A DNA stretch of 64,000 nucleotides. Origin: Desulfobacterales bacterium (lineage in GTDB: Bacteria > Desulfobacterota > Desulfobacteria > Desulfobacterales > UBA2174). The position numbers were made by a program, and so were the translations under genes. Under the pieces are notes generated by a model. The model ran no database searches, was not told the origin of the DNA, and saw only the letters and a list, made by a program, of their open reading frames with translations. This document shows positions 33,621 through 44,145 of this stretch, piece after piece (the stretch's first letter is position 1; the number at the start of each line of letters is the position of its first letter). Location: the NCBI GenBank assembly GCA_963668645.2, contig CAXXWC010000020.1:64001-128000 (forward strand). The letters are read 5' to 3'.

Positions 33621-35087
33621 ATGGGCGGTGGGCCGCAGGATCCCGGTTCGCGTGAAAAGCGCCCGCCTTGGCCAGAGGATCTGGAAGCTGTGCTGAACCG
33701 CTGGCTCGCTCCCCTGGGTCCGGATCCGCCTTTGCTCTACCTGGTGGGCGGGGCCTTGCGGGACCGGCTCCTGGGACGGCCGATCAAGGATATCGATCTG
33801 ATGTGCGCCGGGCCCGAAGAGCTGGCATCCCGGATCGCACGGCAACACGGCGCCATCCTGGTGCCTTTTCGCAACAAGATCGATGCCCCCTGCTTCCGGG
33901 TCGTGCGGCGTGAAGACGCAAAGGATTTCATCGATCTGGTACCCATGCGCGGCGGCAGCCCTGAGGCCGATCTGCTGCGGCGTGATTTTACCATCAACGC
34001 CATGGCCGCCGCCGTCGGCCCCGTCGGCCGGCTGGCAGAAGTCATCGATCCGCTCAACGGCCGGCAGGATCTCGCGCAGCGGCGGATCCGGGCCGCCTCC
34101 CAGCGCACCTTTGCCGACGATCCGCTGCGCATCCTGCGGGCCGCACGCTTTGCGGCGCAACTCGACTTTGCCATCGACGACGGCACCGCGGCGCTCATGG
34201 CCCGCAGCGCACCGGCCCTGAGCAGTGTGGCCGCCGAGCGGATCCGCGCCGAACTGCTCGCCATCCTTGAGGCCCCGGCCGCGGCGCGGTACCTGCGGCT
34301 GATGGATCAAACCGGGGCACTGGCCGTGGTGCTGCCTGAAATTTCGGCCATGAAAGGCTGCACCCAGAACGCCCACCACCATCTGGACGTGTGGGGCCAC
34401 AGCCTGGCGGCCCTCGAAGCCTGCGAAGCGATCCTGGCCGATCCCGCAGCCCACTTCGGTTCTGCTGCGGCTGCGGTTGAGGCCTATCTGGCGGCCGGGC
34501 AGCGCTCAGCCCTGCTCAAGCTGGCCGTGCTGCTCCACGACAGCGGCAAGCCGCTGTGTAAAACGGTGAATCCCGCCTCCGGCCGAATTCATTTCAGGGG
34601 CCACGCCGCCAGGAGCGCCGAACTGATGGAGGTTGTCGCCAGCCGCCTGCGGCTGCCGCTTCGGGCCAAGTCTTTTCTCGTTGCGCTGGCAGCCCACCAC
34701 ATGCACGTGCTGGCGCTCTCGGATCCCGGGGTGCGGCCGGCCACCGTGCTGCGCTGGTGCCGCCGGCTGGGCGATGCCTGCCTGGCAGCAATGGCTCTGA
34801 GCCTGGCGGATGTCGCCGCCACCTGCGGTCCGGCAGCCGACCCGGTCTGGCGCGGGCAACATGTTCTTTGGGCCCGCACCACGGTCAGAGCATATCTGAC
34901 CGACTTCAAGCCGCGTTTCCAGGCCCCGCCCCTGATCACCGGGCACGATCTTAAAAACCTTGGTATCGCACCGGGTCCGCAGCTCGGCAGGATCCTGGCA
35001 CTGGTCCGCGACGCCCAGCAGACCGGCACCATCCGGACGCGTGAAGCGGCCCTTGATTTTGCCGCAACGTGCCGGCGCAAAGGCTGA
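33621..35087 (+). CDS. CCA-adding/poly(A) polymerase-family nucleotidyltransferase with HD domain
   Basis: VGGALRD, DIDL, RRDFTINAMA, DDPLRILRAARF, ERIRAEL, LLHDSGK. Confidence 0.9.
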   Translation: MGGGPQDPGSREKRPPWPEDLEAVLNRWLAPLGPDPPLLYLVGGALRDRLLGRPIKDIDLMCAGPEELASRIARQHGAILVPFRNKIDAPCFRVVRREDAKDFIDLVPMRGGSPEADLLRRDFTINAMAAAVGPVGRLAEVIDPLNGRQDLAQRRIRAASQRTFADDPLRILRAARFAAQLDFAIDDGTAALMARSAPALSSVAAERIRAELLAILEAPAAARYLRLMDQTGALAVVLPEISAMKGCTQNAHHHLDVWGHSLAALEACEAILADPAAHFGSAAAAVEAYLAAGQRSALLKLAVLLHDSGKPLCKTVNPASGRIHFRGHAARSAELMEVVASRLRLPLRAKSFLVALAAHHMHVLALSDPGVRPATVLRWCRRLGDACLAAMALSLADVAATCGPAADPVWRGQHVLWARTTVRAYLTDFKPRFQAPPLITGHDLKNLGIAPGPQLGRILALVRDAQQTGTIRTREAALDFAATCRRKG

Positions 35088-35118
35088 ACACGGAAAGATC
35101 GCAATACCCTGCGGCCGC

Positions 35119-36750
35119 TCATCGAGCGGTAAGGTCCAAAAACGGTTTGTACGGCTGCGTGGTGCGCACCCAGGCGAACATCACCGCCGTTTGCAGGGCC
35201 GAGAGCATCACGAAGTAGCCGATCCAGGCCGGCATCCCAAGCACGGTGGGGCCGATGCGCTGCCAGGCCCAAAAATCGATGGACAGCAGGAAGATGCCCG
35301 CCAGCATCCACCCGTAGGGATTGCGCAGCCAGGCGGGGGGAGCGAATGCCCGGCCTTCCATGGCAAGATGAATCGCCAGGTAGAGCGTGAACGTGACCAG
35401 CATGATCCACACCACGGGCAAAAAGGCACCCCGGGGCAGCCAGTGGAAGTGAAACGCCACCAGCAAGGCCTCGCCGGCCAGTATGGAAGCTGCGGCCGCA
35501 AGTGGATGGACCCGCTTGAGATAGAGCCCGAAAATGACGGTGGGAAACAGAACCGCCAGGCCGGTGAAGGTCTCGGTGGCGATCTGCAGGATCGTATCCG
35601 GCGGCCGGTAGGCCAGGGCCAGGCCGCAGAGGCTCAAACAGATGACGCAAAGCCGCCCGGTCAGGGCGCCGGCCGCCGCCCCGGGCAGGATCGGCGCCAG
35701 AATGTCGCGGGTGAAGATGGAACTCAGGGTCAAAAGCTGGCTGTCCATGGTGGACATCAGGGCCGCCAGGCCGGCGGCCATTACCAGGGCGGCCATGGCG
35801 TCGCCCGAGATTTGGGTCACCACCAGGGGTAGGATCTTGTCCGCCGCCTTGCCCGCCAGGCCGGGAAAGCTGAGCCGGCCGAGGATGCCGATGGTAATGG
35901 GCATGAAGAAGACCACCGTGCACACCAGCGGGTAGCAGAGCATGATCTGCGAGAGGGTACGCCGCCGGCGGGCGGTAAAAAAGCGCTGGAAGAGCTGGGG
36001 GAACATCGGATCACAGAAAAACCAGAGCAGCATGTAGCTGAACCAGATCGCCACGGTATAATGGCCGCGGCCCCCCGGCCGGGTGAAAAGTTCCGGATAG
36101 ACCGCCAGGACCTGGTGATTGGCGGCGGCCAGCCCGCCGTGGTGGCGCACCACCAGGATCAGCGAAGCGAGCAGGAGAAAAAACATCACCAGGCCCTGGA
36201 ACAGATCGGTCCAGGCCACGGCGCGCATTCCCCCGCGCAGGGTGTAGGCGACGATGATGCCGGTGACCAGCAGGCAGCCGTAAAAATACGGCAGGCCGAT
36301 CAACGCTTCCAGGGCGTAGCCGGCCGCCATGGGCTGCAGGGCCAGGTAGGGAACGGTAAAAACGATCATCACCACGGCGAAGATCCCGCCCAGAAGCCGG
36401 CTGCCGTAAACAGAGGCCACCAGTTCGGGGGGGGTGACGATGCGGCGCTCGCTCCCGATTTCCCAGATGCGCCGGCCCAGGATCCAGAAGGTCAGGGCCA
36501 TGAACCCGGTGCCGAAGCCCATGATGGGAAAAAAGGCGTACCCATCGCGGTAGCCGGCACCGCTGGTGCCGAAAACGGTGAAGGCCGAAAAGTTGGTGGC
36601 CACCATGGTGCCGAGCAGGACCAGCGGCCCGAGGCGGCGGTCGGCCAAAAAATAGGTTTCCGGCGAGGACTTCCAGTGGGTGCGGGCCACCAGACCGATG
36701 ATCAGCACGGTCAGAAAGTAGGCGCCCAGGACGATGATTTTGACTGCCAT
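35119..36750 (-). CDS. Sodium:solute symporter (SSS) family protein
   Basis: YFLADRRLG, ATNFSAFT, GGMRAVAWTDLFQG, AALMSTMDSQLL; AGGAGG RBS before ATG 36750. Confidence 0.92.
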   Translation of the reverse strand: MAVKIIVLGAYFLTVLIIGLVARTHWKSSPETYFLADRRLGPLVLLGTMVATNFSAFTVFGTSGAGYRDGYAFFPIMGFGTGFMALTFWILGRRIWEIGSERRIVTPPELVASVYGSRLLGGIFAVVMIVFTVPYLALQPMAAGYALEALIGLPYFYGCLLVTGIIVAYTLRGGMRAVAWTDLFQGLVMFFLLLASLILVVRHHGGLAAANHQVLAVYPELFTRPGGRGHYTVAIWFSYMLLWFFCDPMFPQLFQRFFTARRRRTLSQIMLCYPLVCTVVFFMPITIGILGRLSFPGLAGKAADKILPLVVTQISGDAMAALVMAAGLAALMSTMDSQLLTLSSIFTRDILAPILPGAAAGALTGRLCVICLSLCGLALAYRPPDTILQIATETFTGLAVLFPTVIFGLYLKRVHPLAAAASILAGEALLVAFHFHWLPRGAFLPVVWIMLVTFTLYLAIHLAMEGRAFAPPAWLRNPYGWMLAGIFLLSIDFWAWQRIGPTVLGMPAWIGYFVMLSALQTAVMFAWVRTTQPYKPFLDLTAR

Positions 36751-36782
36751 GGCCGGATTTCCTCCTGTCTTGCAAGCAAAAT

Positions 36783-36815
36783 AAAAAAAGCCATCCCCAA
36801 GGTCGGGATGGCTTT
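36783..36815 (-). terminator. Intrinsic terminator inside the 5' leader of the SSS gene (candidate attenuator)
   Basis: Minus strand AAAGCCATCCC-GACCTTG-GGGATGGCTTT-TTTT, 11-bp perfect stem, ~30 nt before the ATG. Confidence 0.75.
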
Positions 36816-37043
36816 CGCCTGGCATAACCTCAATTGCTGCGCGCGTCGGTTGTTGCTGCCAAAAGTTAGCGAACCGGGTGTGGATTTGTCAAGCCGGTTT
36901 TCTTTTCGAAGCCGCTGCCCTGAGAACGGCTGGGCAACGACGCATGGCGGTTGACAATTTCAGATCTTCTCGTCTATTGAGAACCATTTGCAGCGGTTTT
37001 TTTCGGCTCAAGCCTGCCCGGTGGCAGGGAAACGAAGAATCCG

Positions 37044-37982
37044 ATGGCGTCCATCCAAAAGAAGATTCTGCTGGCAGTCGACGGGTCGGTGAGCAGCCGT
37101 GCCATGCTCGACTACGTGGGCCGCATCCAGGCGCATCTACCACAATTGACCTGCTGCCTGTTTCATGTTCAGCGCCACCTGTCGCCCATGCTGATCGAAG
37201 AGGCCGAGCGGGATCCACAAACCCGGGCCCAGCTCGACGGCATCGCACGCCGCAACAAGGATCACGCCGAGCGCATTCTCGACCAGAGCCGTGATGTGCT
37301 CATTGGCCACGGAATTGCCCCTGCGGCCATCGAGATCGTGACCCAGCCGCGGGTTCTCGGTCTGGCCCGGGACATCCTGGTGCATGCCGAAACCGTCCTT
37401 TACGATGCCATCGTGGTGGGGCGCCGCGGTTTGAGCGCCGTGCAGAAGCTTTTCATGGGAAGCCTGACCGCCAAGCTTTGCCAACATTCAGAGATCGTGC
37501 CGGTTTGGGTCATTGACGGGGAACGGTCCCAGGACGGCTATCTTCTGGCGGTGGACGGCTCCCGCAACGCCCTGCGCGTGGTGGATCATTTCGCGTTCAT
37601 GCTGGCCGGCAGCCGTTCGGTTCATGCGACCCTGCTCTATGTGGCGCCCCGCTTTGCCGATCATTGCGAAATCGATTTCGGCGAGGATTCCAAAGCGGTG
37701 GCCACGGCCTTGACCCGCACGGCGCACCAGTGCCTGGAGCGTTTTGCCGAAGCGGCCAAATCGCGTCTGATCGAGGCCGGTTTCGACACGAAACGGATCG
37801 ATTTCCGCCGGATCCAAAAGGCCTCCGGCATCGGCCGGGCGATTCTAGACACGGCCCGCCGCCAGCAGATAGGCACCGTGGTTCTCGGAAGGCGGGGCAG
37901 CGGGGGGGCCTTTTACTCGGGACGGGTCTGCCGTTACGTCATGGAAAAGATTTCCGGACGCACCTTCTGGTTGGTACCCTGA
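37044..37982 (+). CDS. Tandem-domain universal stress protein
   Basis: KILLAVDGS...VVGRRGLS and LLAVDGS...VLGRRG repeats. Confidence 0.9.
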   Translation: MASIQKKILLAVDGSVSSRAMLDYVGRIQAHLPQLTCCLFHVQRHLSPMLIEEAERDPQTRAQLDGIARRNKDHAERILDQSRDVLIGHGIAPAAIEIVTQPRVLGLARDILVHAETVLYDAIVVGRRGLSAVQKLFMGSLTAKLCQHSEIVPVWVIDGERSQDGYLLAVDGSRNALRVVDHFAFMLAGSRSVHATLLYVAPRFADHCEIDFGEDSKAVATALTRTAHQCLERFAEAAKSRLIEAGFDTKRIDFRRIQKASGIGRAILDTARRQQIGTVVLGRRGSGGAFYSGRVCRYVMEKISGRTFWLVP

Positions 37983-38074
37983 ATGCAAGGCGCCAACGAT
38001 CTGTTGCCGCCCGGTTCCATTCGGAGGGAACCGCAATTTCGAAATCACCCTTAACAGCCTGCAAGGAGGATGGA

Positions 38075-38233
38075 ATGGATAAGTGGGAATGCCCGTGTGG
38101 CTACGTTTATGATCCGGCAGAAGGCGACCCCGACAACAACATCATGCCCGGTACCGCCTTCGAAGATCTGCCCGAAGACTGGGTATGCCCCAAGTGCGGG
38201 GCCGAAAAACAGTATTTTGAAAAGCTTGATTGA
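38075..38233 (+). CDS. Rubredoxin
   Basis: [20 protein letters not shown]...[24 protein letters not shown]. Confidence 0.93.
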   Translation: MDKWECPCGYVYDPAEGDPDNNIMPGTAFEDLPEDWVCPKCGAEKQYFEKLD

Positions 38234-38452
38234 TGCTGTGCGAGCGATCGGGATGCGCGCGGCGGTGGCCGCGTGCGCCCTGCTTTCGGGATCCGCACCG
38301 CTATGGGCTTGCGGCGGGAAACGAAGGCCGAGTTATACGTTGCCTCCCACCAGGAAACCGTTTATAAAAACCCTCTGAGTATTGATTTAAATTTTTTGAG
38401 GAGCGGCCCGCCCCATCGGCGGGCGCACCGGGACTACAGGTACGGTCAACCC

Positions 38453-39493
38453 ATGATTGAAAGCGGTATTTTGGTGCATCGATCGGCCTTCCGGGTCGAT
38501 CCGGATGCAGTGGCGGCCCTGATCCTCGACACCCAATCCCCCGAAGGCGAAATCCCCTGGCATATTGGCGGGAAAACCGATCCCTGGGATCATATCGAGG
38601 CGGCCATGGGGCTGGCCATTGCCGGGCATCTTCAAGCCGCCCGGCGGGCCTTTGACTGGATGCGGGCAAAACAGCTCGCAGACGGAAGCTGGTATTCTGC
38701 CTACCGCGACGGGCGGCCGGAGGATTGCACCCGCGATGCCAACATGGCCGCCTACATCGCCGTGGGCGTATTCCACTATTACCTGCTGACGCGGGACTTG
38801 GCGTTTCTCGCGTATTTCTGGCCCACCGTGGAACGGGCCATCGATTTTGCCGTGAGCCTTCAGGCTCCGGGCGGCGAAATCTACTGGGCCATCAGCCCCG
38901 AGGGGCGGGTGGACCAGATGGCGCTGCTGACCGGCTCCAGCTCGGTGCTGATGAGCCTGCGCTGCGCCTTGGCCGTGGCCGAGCAGCTCGGGCTGCGGCG
39001 CCCGGTCTGGCGCTCGGCGATGCAGCGCCTGGCCCATGCCATCCGCTACGAGCGCCACCGCTTCAACGTTACCAAGTCGCGTTTTTCCATGGATTGGTTC
39101 TATCCGGTGCTCTGCGGCGCGCTGACCGGGGCCGAGGCCCGCCGGCGCATCGAGAAAAACTGGAAGAAATTCGTGGTCGAAGGCCAGGGGGTCAAGTGCG
39201 TTTCCGATGAGCCCTGGATCACCATCGCCGAAACCTCCGAACTCTGCCTGGCCCTTGACGCCATGGGCAACAGTTCCCTGGCCGGCACGATATTCGGCTG
39301 GATCGTCGAAAAACGTTTCGAGGACGGCACCTTCTGGTGCGGCCACACCATCCCGGACATGACGGTGTGGCCCGAGGAAAAGATCACCTGGACCAATGCC
39401 GTGGTCCTGATGGCCGCCGATGCCCTTTTTCATCTGACCCCCGCGACCCGTTTGTTCAGCCACCGGTTCTGGCGCCCGGCCGCCGGCGCCTGA
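38453..39493 (+). CDS. Alpha/alpha-toroid protein (prenyltransferase-repeat / six-hairpin glycosidase-like)
   Basis: GEIPW..GGKTDPWDHIEAAMGL, QLADGSW, SMDWFYPVL, PWITIAETSE. Confidence 0.7.
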   Translation: MIESGILVHRSAFRVDPDAVAALILDTQSPEGEIPWHIGGKTDPWDHIEAAMGLAIAGHLQAARRAFDWMRAKQLADGSWYSAYRDGRPEDCTRDANMAAYIAVGVFHYYLLTRDLAFLAYFWPTVERAIDFAVSLQAPGGEIYWAISPEGRVDQMALLTGSSSVLMSLRCALAVAEQLGLRRPVWRSAMQRLAHAIRYERHRFNVTKSRFSMDWFYPVLCGALTGAEARRRIEKNWKKFVVEGQGVKCVSDEPWITIAETSELCLALDAMGNSSLAGTIFGWIVEKRFEDGTFWCGHTIPDMTVWPEEKITWTNAVVLMAADALFHLTPATRLFSHRFWRPAAGA

Positions 39494-39514
39494 TGGCAGG
39501 TTGCGACCCGCCGC

Positions 39515-40234
39515 ATGCGAAAAGATCATCGTCCCTACTGGCTTAAACGCCTCTGGCTGCGCTTCCAGGCCGGGTATGCCCGCCGGCGCGTCCGGCCGCA
39601 CCTGGACCATCTCGGCCGCGGCGCGGTATTCATGCGCCCCTGGCACGTGGAGATTTTCGGGCCGCGCATCACCATCGGCGATCATGCCACCATCATTGCC
39701 GCCAGCGACGGCCGGGTGCGCCTTTCGGTCTGGTCCAACCGGCCGGATCGGGGCGCCATTTCCATCGGCCACAGCGCCCTGATCTGTCCCGGGGTGCGGA
39801 TTCACAGCGCCGCCCGGGTCTCTGTGGGCAACGACTGCATGTTCGCCAACGGGGTATATGTCACCGATGCGGACTGGCACGGGGTCTATGACCGGCTTTC
39901 GATGGGTCCGGCGGATGCGGTGACCATCCAGGACAATGTCTGGCTCGGCGATGGAGTCATCGTTTGCAAGGGAGTGACCATCGGCCGCAACAGCATTCTC
40001 GGGGCCGGGGCGGTGGTGGTGCGCGACGTGCCGGCCAACGTGGTGGCGGCGGGCAATCCGGCCCAGGTGGTCAAGACCCTTGATGCAAACGGACCCTTCG
40101 TGCGCCGCTCGTCCTGGTTCGCCGATTCTGCGGCCCTGCGCCAGGGCCTGGAGGCCTTCGACCGCGCCATGCTCGCCGGCAACAGCCTGGGCCTCTGGAT
40201 GCGCTATCTGGTCAATCCTCGGCGCGGGGATTGA
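39515..40234 (+). CDS. Hexapeptide-repeat (LbH) acyltransferase
   Basis: IQDNVWLG, GVTIGRNSILGAGAVV, AAGNPA. Confidence 0.88.
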   Translation: MRKDHRPYWLKRLWLRFQAGYARRRVRPHLDHLGRGAVFMRPWHVEIFGPRITIGDHATIIAASDGRVRLSVWSNRPDRGAISIGHSALICPGVRIHSAARVSVGNDCMFANGVYVTDADWHGVYDRLSMGPADAVTIQDNVWLGDGVIVCKGVTIGRNSILGAGAVVVRDVPANVVAAGNPAQVVKTLDANGPFVRRSSWFADSAALRQGLEAFDRAMLAGNSLGLWMRYLVNPRRGD

Positions 40235-40264
40235 CGATGATCGTGCTTTGAAGATTGTCGCGCA

Positions 40265-41656
40265 CTACCAGGGCAGGGTCACGATCACTCTGGTCCAGCG
40301 CCCGGGTTCGCTTTTAAATTGCACCGTCCCGTTATGAAGCTCGATAATCCGTTTGACGATGCTCAAGCCTAGACCGGAGCCCCCATGCCGGATCGAACGG
40401 GACTTTTCGATCCGGTAGAATTGATCGAACACGCGCGGGATTTCGGACTCGGCAACCCCCGGCCCCGAGTTTCCGATGGTCACCGTCAATTCGGCGGTGG
40501 ATTGGTCAGATGCCAGTTCAACCCGCCCCCCATCGACATTGTACTTGACGGCGTTGTCCAGCATGTTTGAAAAGGCGCGGCGCAGTTTTTCCGCGTCTCC
40601 ATGGATGATGAGATTTTCCGACAGACGCACGTCCATGGTGATATTCCGCGCATCGGTAAGAAATCGATACTCCTCTGCAAGCGATGACAACAAGGCGGTC
40701 AGTTGAACCGGCCGGCGATCCAACCCGCTGAGAGCTTCCAGGGCGGACAGGTTCAACAGGTCCTTGACCAGCCGCTCCATGCGCAAGACCTGATTTTTCA
40801 CCCGAGAAAGATTTTCCCGGGTGGCAGACGGTGCTGTTCGAGGGTCATGGGTGCAGATTTCATCGACAGCCAGCCGCATGGTGGTCAGCGGCGTTTTCAA
40901 TTCGTGGGATGTATCGAAGAGAAAATCCCTTTGCCGCTCAAAAGAATATTGCAGCCGGTCGAGCATCCGGTTGATGGTTCTGGCCAGTTCGCTGAATTCA
41001 TCCCGGCCTTCTCCTGCCGGTAGGCGTTTATCAAGATTTTTTTCACTGATATCCTGAGCCAGGTCCTTCATTCGACCGATAGGCTGCAAAATTTTGCCGG
41101 CCACGAAACGGCTGGCGGCGATCAGGGCCAGGGTGGAAAAAACGAGCCCGGCCAAAATTCCGAAACCCAAATCCCGGATTTCTTCATTCAGCTTTTCCAT
41201 GGGCCGGGCGATTTGAACAATCAGCGCCCGGCCGTCCAGCTCAATGGCGAAGGTTTTGGTCCGGAAGGTTGTCTCTTTGTTTTTTCCCGGTTCACGATTG
41301 AGTTGTCCGTCAGCAAGGGCAACCGTGGCAATGGCGCTGGATCCGGGCTTTATCGGGGGAAGTTTTACCGCTTTGGCCAGGTCAGACCGGAAGAGCATTT
41401 TGTTTTGGGGCGCCTCGTATATCTCGATCCAATATTCTTTTCGTGGCCGGGGTGCGGCGTCAGCAGGAAATGGTTCCGATTCTTTTTGTCCTTTTATGAT
41501 GATTGCGGCTGTTTCGTACGCTTCCTCCTTGAGCATGGAGTCCAGCAGTTTGAACGGCTGCTCGATCAATTCATAAAATACGACCACGGAAAACAGCAGG
41601 CTGGAAAAGAAGCCGGCCCCGACAATAAAGAGGGTGATTCTTGTCTTGACGGTCAT
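40265..41656 (-). CDS. HAMP-domain sensor histidine kinase
   Basis: Two TM segments, SHELKTPL, NMLDNAVKY, GSGLGLSIV. Confidence 0.93.
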   Translation of the reverse strand: MTVKTRITLFIVGAGFFSSLLFSVVVFYELIEQPFKLLDSMLKEEAYETAAIIIKGQKESEPFPADAAPRPRKEYWIEIYEAPQNKMLFRSDLAKAVKLPPIKPGSSAIATVALADGQLNREPGKNKETTFRTKTFAIELDGRALIVQIARPMEKLNEEIRDLGFGILAGLVFSTLALIAASRFVAGKILQPIGRMKDLAQDISEKNLDKRLPAGEGRDEFSELARTINRMLDRLQYSFERQRDFLFDTSHELKTPLTTMRLAVDEICTHDPRTAPSATRENLSRVKNQVLRMERLVKDLLNLSALEALSGLDRRPVQLTALLSSLAEEYRFLTDARNITMDVRLSENLIIHGDAEKLRRAFSNMLDNAVKYNVDGGRVELASDQSTAELTVTIGNSGPGVAESEIPRVFDQFYRIEKSRSIRHGGSGLGLSIVKRIIELHNGTVQFKSEPGRWTRVIVTLPW

Positions 41657-42438
41657 GGTTGCCCGTTTCCGATCATATACCCGACCCCGCGGATGGTCCG
41701 GATAATTTTCCCCCGGCCCGAATCCCCTATCTTATGACGCAGGTTTTTGATGTGGACATCCATGAAATTGGACATGCTGAAAGGGTCGAAGTCGTCCCCC
41801 CAGACATGCTCCGTCAGGCTGAACCGCGATACGGTCCGGTTCTTGTTGTGCAGGAGAAACTCAAGGATGGAAAACTCCCTGGGGGTCAGCTCCACCGGTT
41901 TTCCACGCTTGGTCACTTTGCGTGTTACCGTGTCAAGTTCAAGGTCGGCAACCTGCAAGACCGAGTCGCACTGGCCTCCGGTTCTTCTCATCAAAGCCCG
42001 CACGCGGGCCAACAGTTCGTCAATGGAAAACGGTTTGGCCAGATAATCGTCCGCTCCAAGATCGAGTCCCCTGACCCGATCCCCCACATCTCCCTTGGCG
42101 GTAAGCATGAGCACCGGAGTCTCTATTCCCGCCTTTCGCATCTGCTTCAAAAGGGTCATTCCGTCCATTGCGGGCATCATGATGTCAAGCAGGATGGCGT
42201 CGAAGGGGGCTTCGAACAGTTTGTCCAAGGCCGTTTTCCCATCGGTTGCCGTCTCGACGATGTAACGTTGGCCGGTTAAAATATTCTGCAATTGTTCCAG
42301 CAACGAGCTGTCGTCATCTGCGATCAGGATTCTCACAGGCGTGCGTCTCCAAAGAGGGTCCGGTTTTTTACCATGTTTTGCCGATCGTCCATCCGGTCCG
42401 TCAGGTGGTGCCGGGGGGTGCGGCAAAATGCGGGCCAA
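41653..42438 (-). CDS. OmpR-family response regulator (start may be GTG 42336)
   Basis: ILIADDD, LLDIMMP, LTAK, GADDYLAKPF, IRTIRGVGY. Confidence 0.93.
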   Translation of the reverse strand: MARILPHPPAPPDGPDGRSAKHGKKPDPLWRRTPVRILIADDDSSLLEQLQNILTGQRYIVETATDGKTALDKLFEAPFDAILLDIMMPAMDGMTLLKQMRKAGIETPVLMLTAKGDVGDRVRGLDLGADDYLAKPFSIDELLARVRALMRRTGGQCDSVLQVADLELDTVTRKVTKRGKPVELTPREFSILEFLLHNKNRTVSRFSLTEHVWGDDFDPFSMSNFMDVHIKNLRHKIGDSGRGKIIRTIRGVGYMIGNGQP

Positions 42439-44115
42439 TCAATACTTCCATAACCCATAACCCGAAGGGGCGCTGCGGTCCTGATAAGCGGGCGCCGGAA
42501 GCTGAGCCCGCCAACGATCCATATTCTCGACCCGGGCGATCAGCACCGTTCTGCCCCGGTTTACATCGATCAGGCCGGCAGCCGAGCGCAGGTCAAGCAA
42601 TCTTGAGCCTGCATCCTGATAGGTCAATCCATAATCGAGTTCGCCCGTGTTTCCAAGCACGTAAACATCGTTTCGTTTCAAATACCAGCAGACCGCCCTG
42701 ATGGAATTTTCGTCGGCAATGATCATTGCGTCATCGGCTATGGCCTGGGCGTGCTGTTGGATAAAAGGACCGGGCGACTTCACCGCGTTGGTTTGATCCG
42801 GCACGGTAAAATGAACGCTGAAAAATAGGATAAGCGGCGCCATGCCGTAAATGATGACCTTGTCTTTTCCCCGGCGACTTTTCAAGGCCCAGAAACAAGA
42901 CAGGATCAAGAAAACAAGGCCATTGACAACCATCACGACCTGCCAGTGCCTGGCATATGGCCGGAACTGATTGAAGCCGACCCATTGAACAATCAAGAAT
43001 CCAGCCAGGATCAGCCCGAACAACGTTGCGCATCCGGCAATCCCCCCCTGGAAAAGCCTGTTGCCGCCTTTCTGCCTGAAGATATGCGTCATCCCGTAGG
43101 CCATGAGGATGGCAAAGGGGGGAAAGCAGGGCAGAATATAGGTGAGCAGCTTTCCGTTGGACAGCGAGAAAAACAAAAAGGGCAGCGCCAGCCAGCAAAG
43201 GCATAACTTTGCCAGCCGGCCCCGGGCGCCCTGTTCTGACAGGCGTCTTCTTATTCCCGGTACGGCCGCAGGGACCACAAAGATCCAGGGCATCACCACT
43301 GCCGGCGCCGTCAAAAAGTAAAACCAAAAAGACGCCTTGTGCTGGGCGTTGTGGGCCATAAAACGGCGGATATGTTCATTCCAGAAAAAATAGCGCCAAA
43401 AATCCGGTTCGTTCAGATGGATGGCAATACTCCAGGGCAGGGCCGCCAGGATTGCGCCAAGAAAGGGCAGCCAGCTCATGCGCAATAGATCCGAATACCG
43501 GCGTTGCCACACCAGATAGGGGGCCAGGCCCAAGACGGGTATGGCAAAGGCGAGAAACCCCTTGGTCAAAAAGGCCAGGCCGCAGGCCAGTCCGGCTAGC
43601 GCCAAAAAGCCTTTTTCCCCTGGCGAACCCGGCTGCGCTTCGGATGCGAAGAAGAAGGCCGTGATGGAAGCGGTCAGAAAGAGGGCGAAAAGGTTGTCCA
43701 GGACAGCGGTGTTGCCTACCCCGAAAACCCAGAAGCAGGACAAAAAGACCAGGGCCGCCAGGCGGGCCGCGACACCGTCATCCTCACCCTCGCAACGCGA
43801 AGCGCGCCTTACCGATACAAAGATCAACAATGCCGTCAACCCGACCGCCAACGCGGACGGCAGGCGAACGGCAAAATTGTTATCCCCGAAAAGCAGGAGC
43901 GATCCGGCATGCACCCAGTACCCCAGCACCGGTTTTTCAAAATAGCGCAGGCCGTCGAGGTGAGGCACGATCCAGTCGCCGGATGCGATCATCTCCCGGG
44001 GAATCTCGGCATAGCGCGTTTCATCCGGTACGACGAGGTCGCGAACCCCCAGGGGCATAAGGTATGACAGCACAAAGAACAACAGCAGGGCGGCATGTCC
44101 CGTTTTACCGTTCAT
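42439..44115 (-). CDS. arnT: L-Ara4N transferase ArnT (GT83)
   Basis: PDETRYAEIPREM, YFEKP, FLTKG, KLLTYILP. Confidence 0.9.
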   Translation of the reverse strand: MNGKTGHAALLLFFVLSYLMPLGVRDLVVPDETRYAEIPREMIASGDWIVPHLDGLRYFEKPVLGYWVHAGSLLLFGDNNFAVRLPSALAVGLTALLIFVSVRRASRCEGEDDGVAARLAALVFLSCFWVFGVGNTAVLDNLFALFLTASITAFFFASEAQPGSPGEKGFLALAGLACGLAFLTKGFLAFAIPVLGLAPYLVWQRRYSDLLRMSWLPFLGAILAALPWSIAIHLNEPDFWRYFFWNEHIRRFMAHNAQHKASFWFYFLTAPAVVMPWIFVVPAAVPGIRRRLSEQGARGRLAKLCLCWLALPFLFFSLSNGKLLTYILPCFPPFAILMAYGMTHIFRQKGGNRLFQGGIAGCATLFGLILAGFLIVQWVGFNQFRPYARHWQVVMVVNGLVFLILSCFWALKSRRGKDKVIIYGMAPLILFFSVHFTVPDQTNAVKSPGPFIQQHAQAIADDAMIIADENSIRAVCWYLKRNDVYVLGNTGELDYGLTYQDAGSRLLDLRSAAGLIDVNRGRTVLIARVENMDRWRAQLPAPAYQDRSAPSGYGLWKY

Positions 44116-44145
44116 CGGTTTCCTCTGTTCGATCGATTCGTCGTT

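Noticed and set aside
38253..38378. 41-aa ORF with a lipobox-like LWAC
   Set aside because: No clear RBS, very short mature part, and reading through the TGA hits TAA after 3 codons
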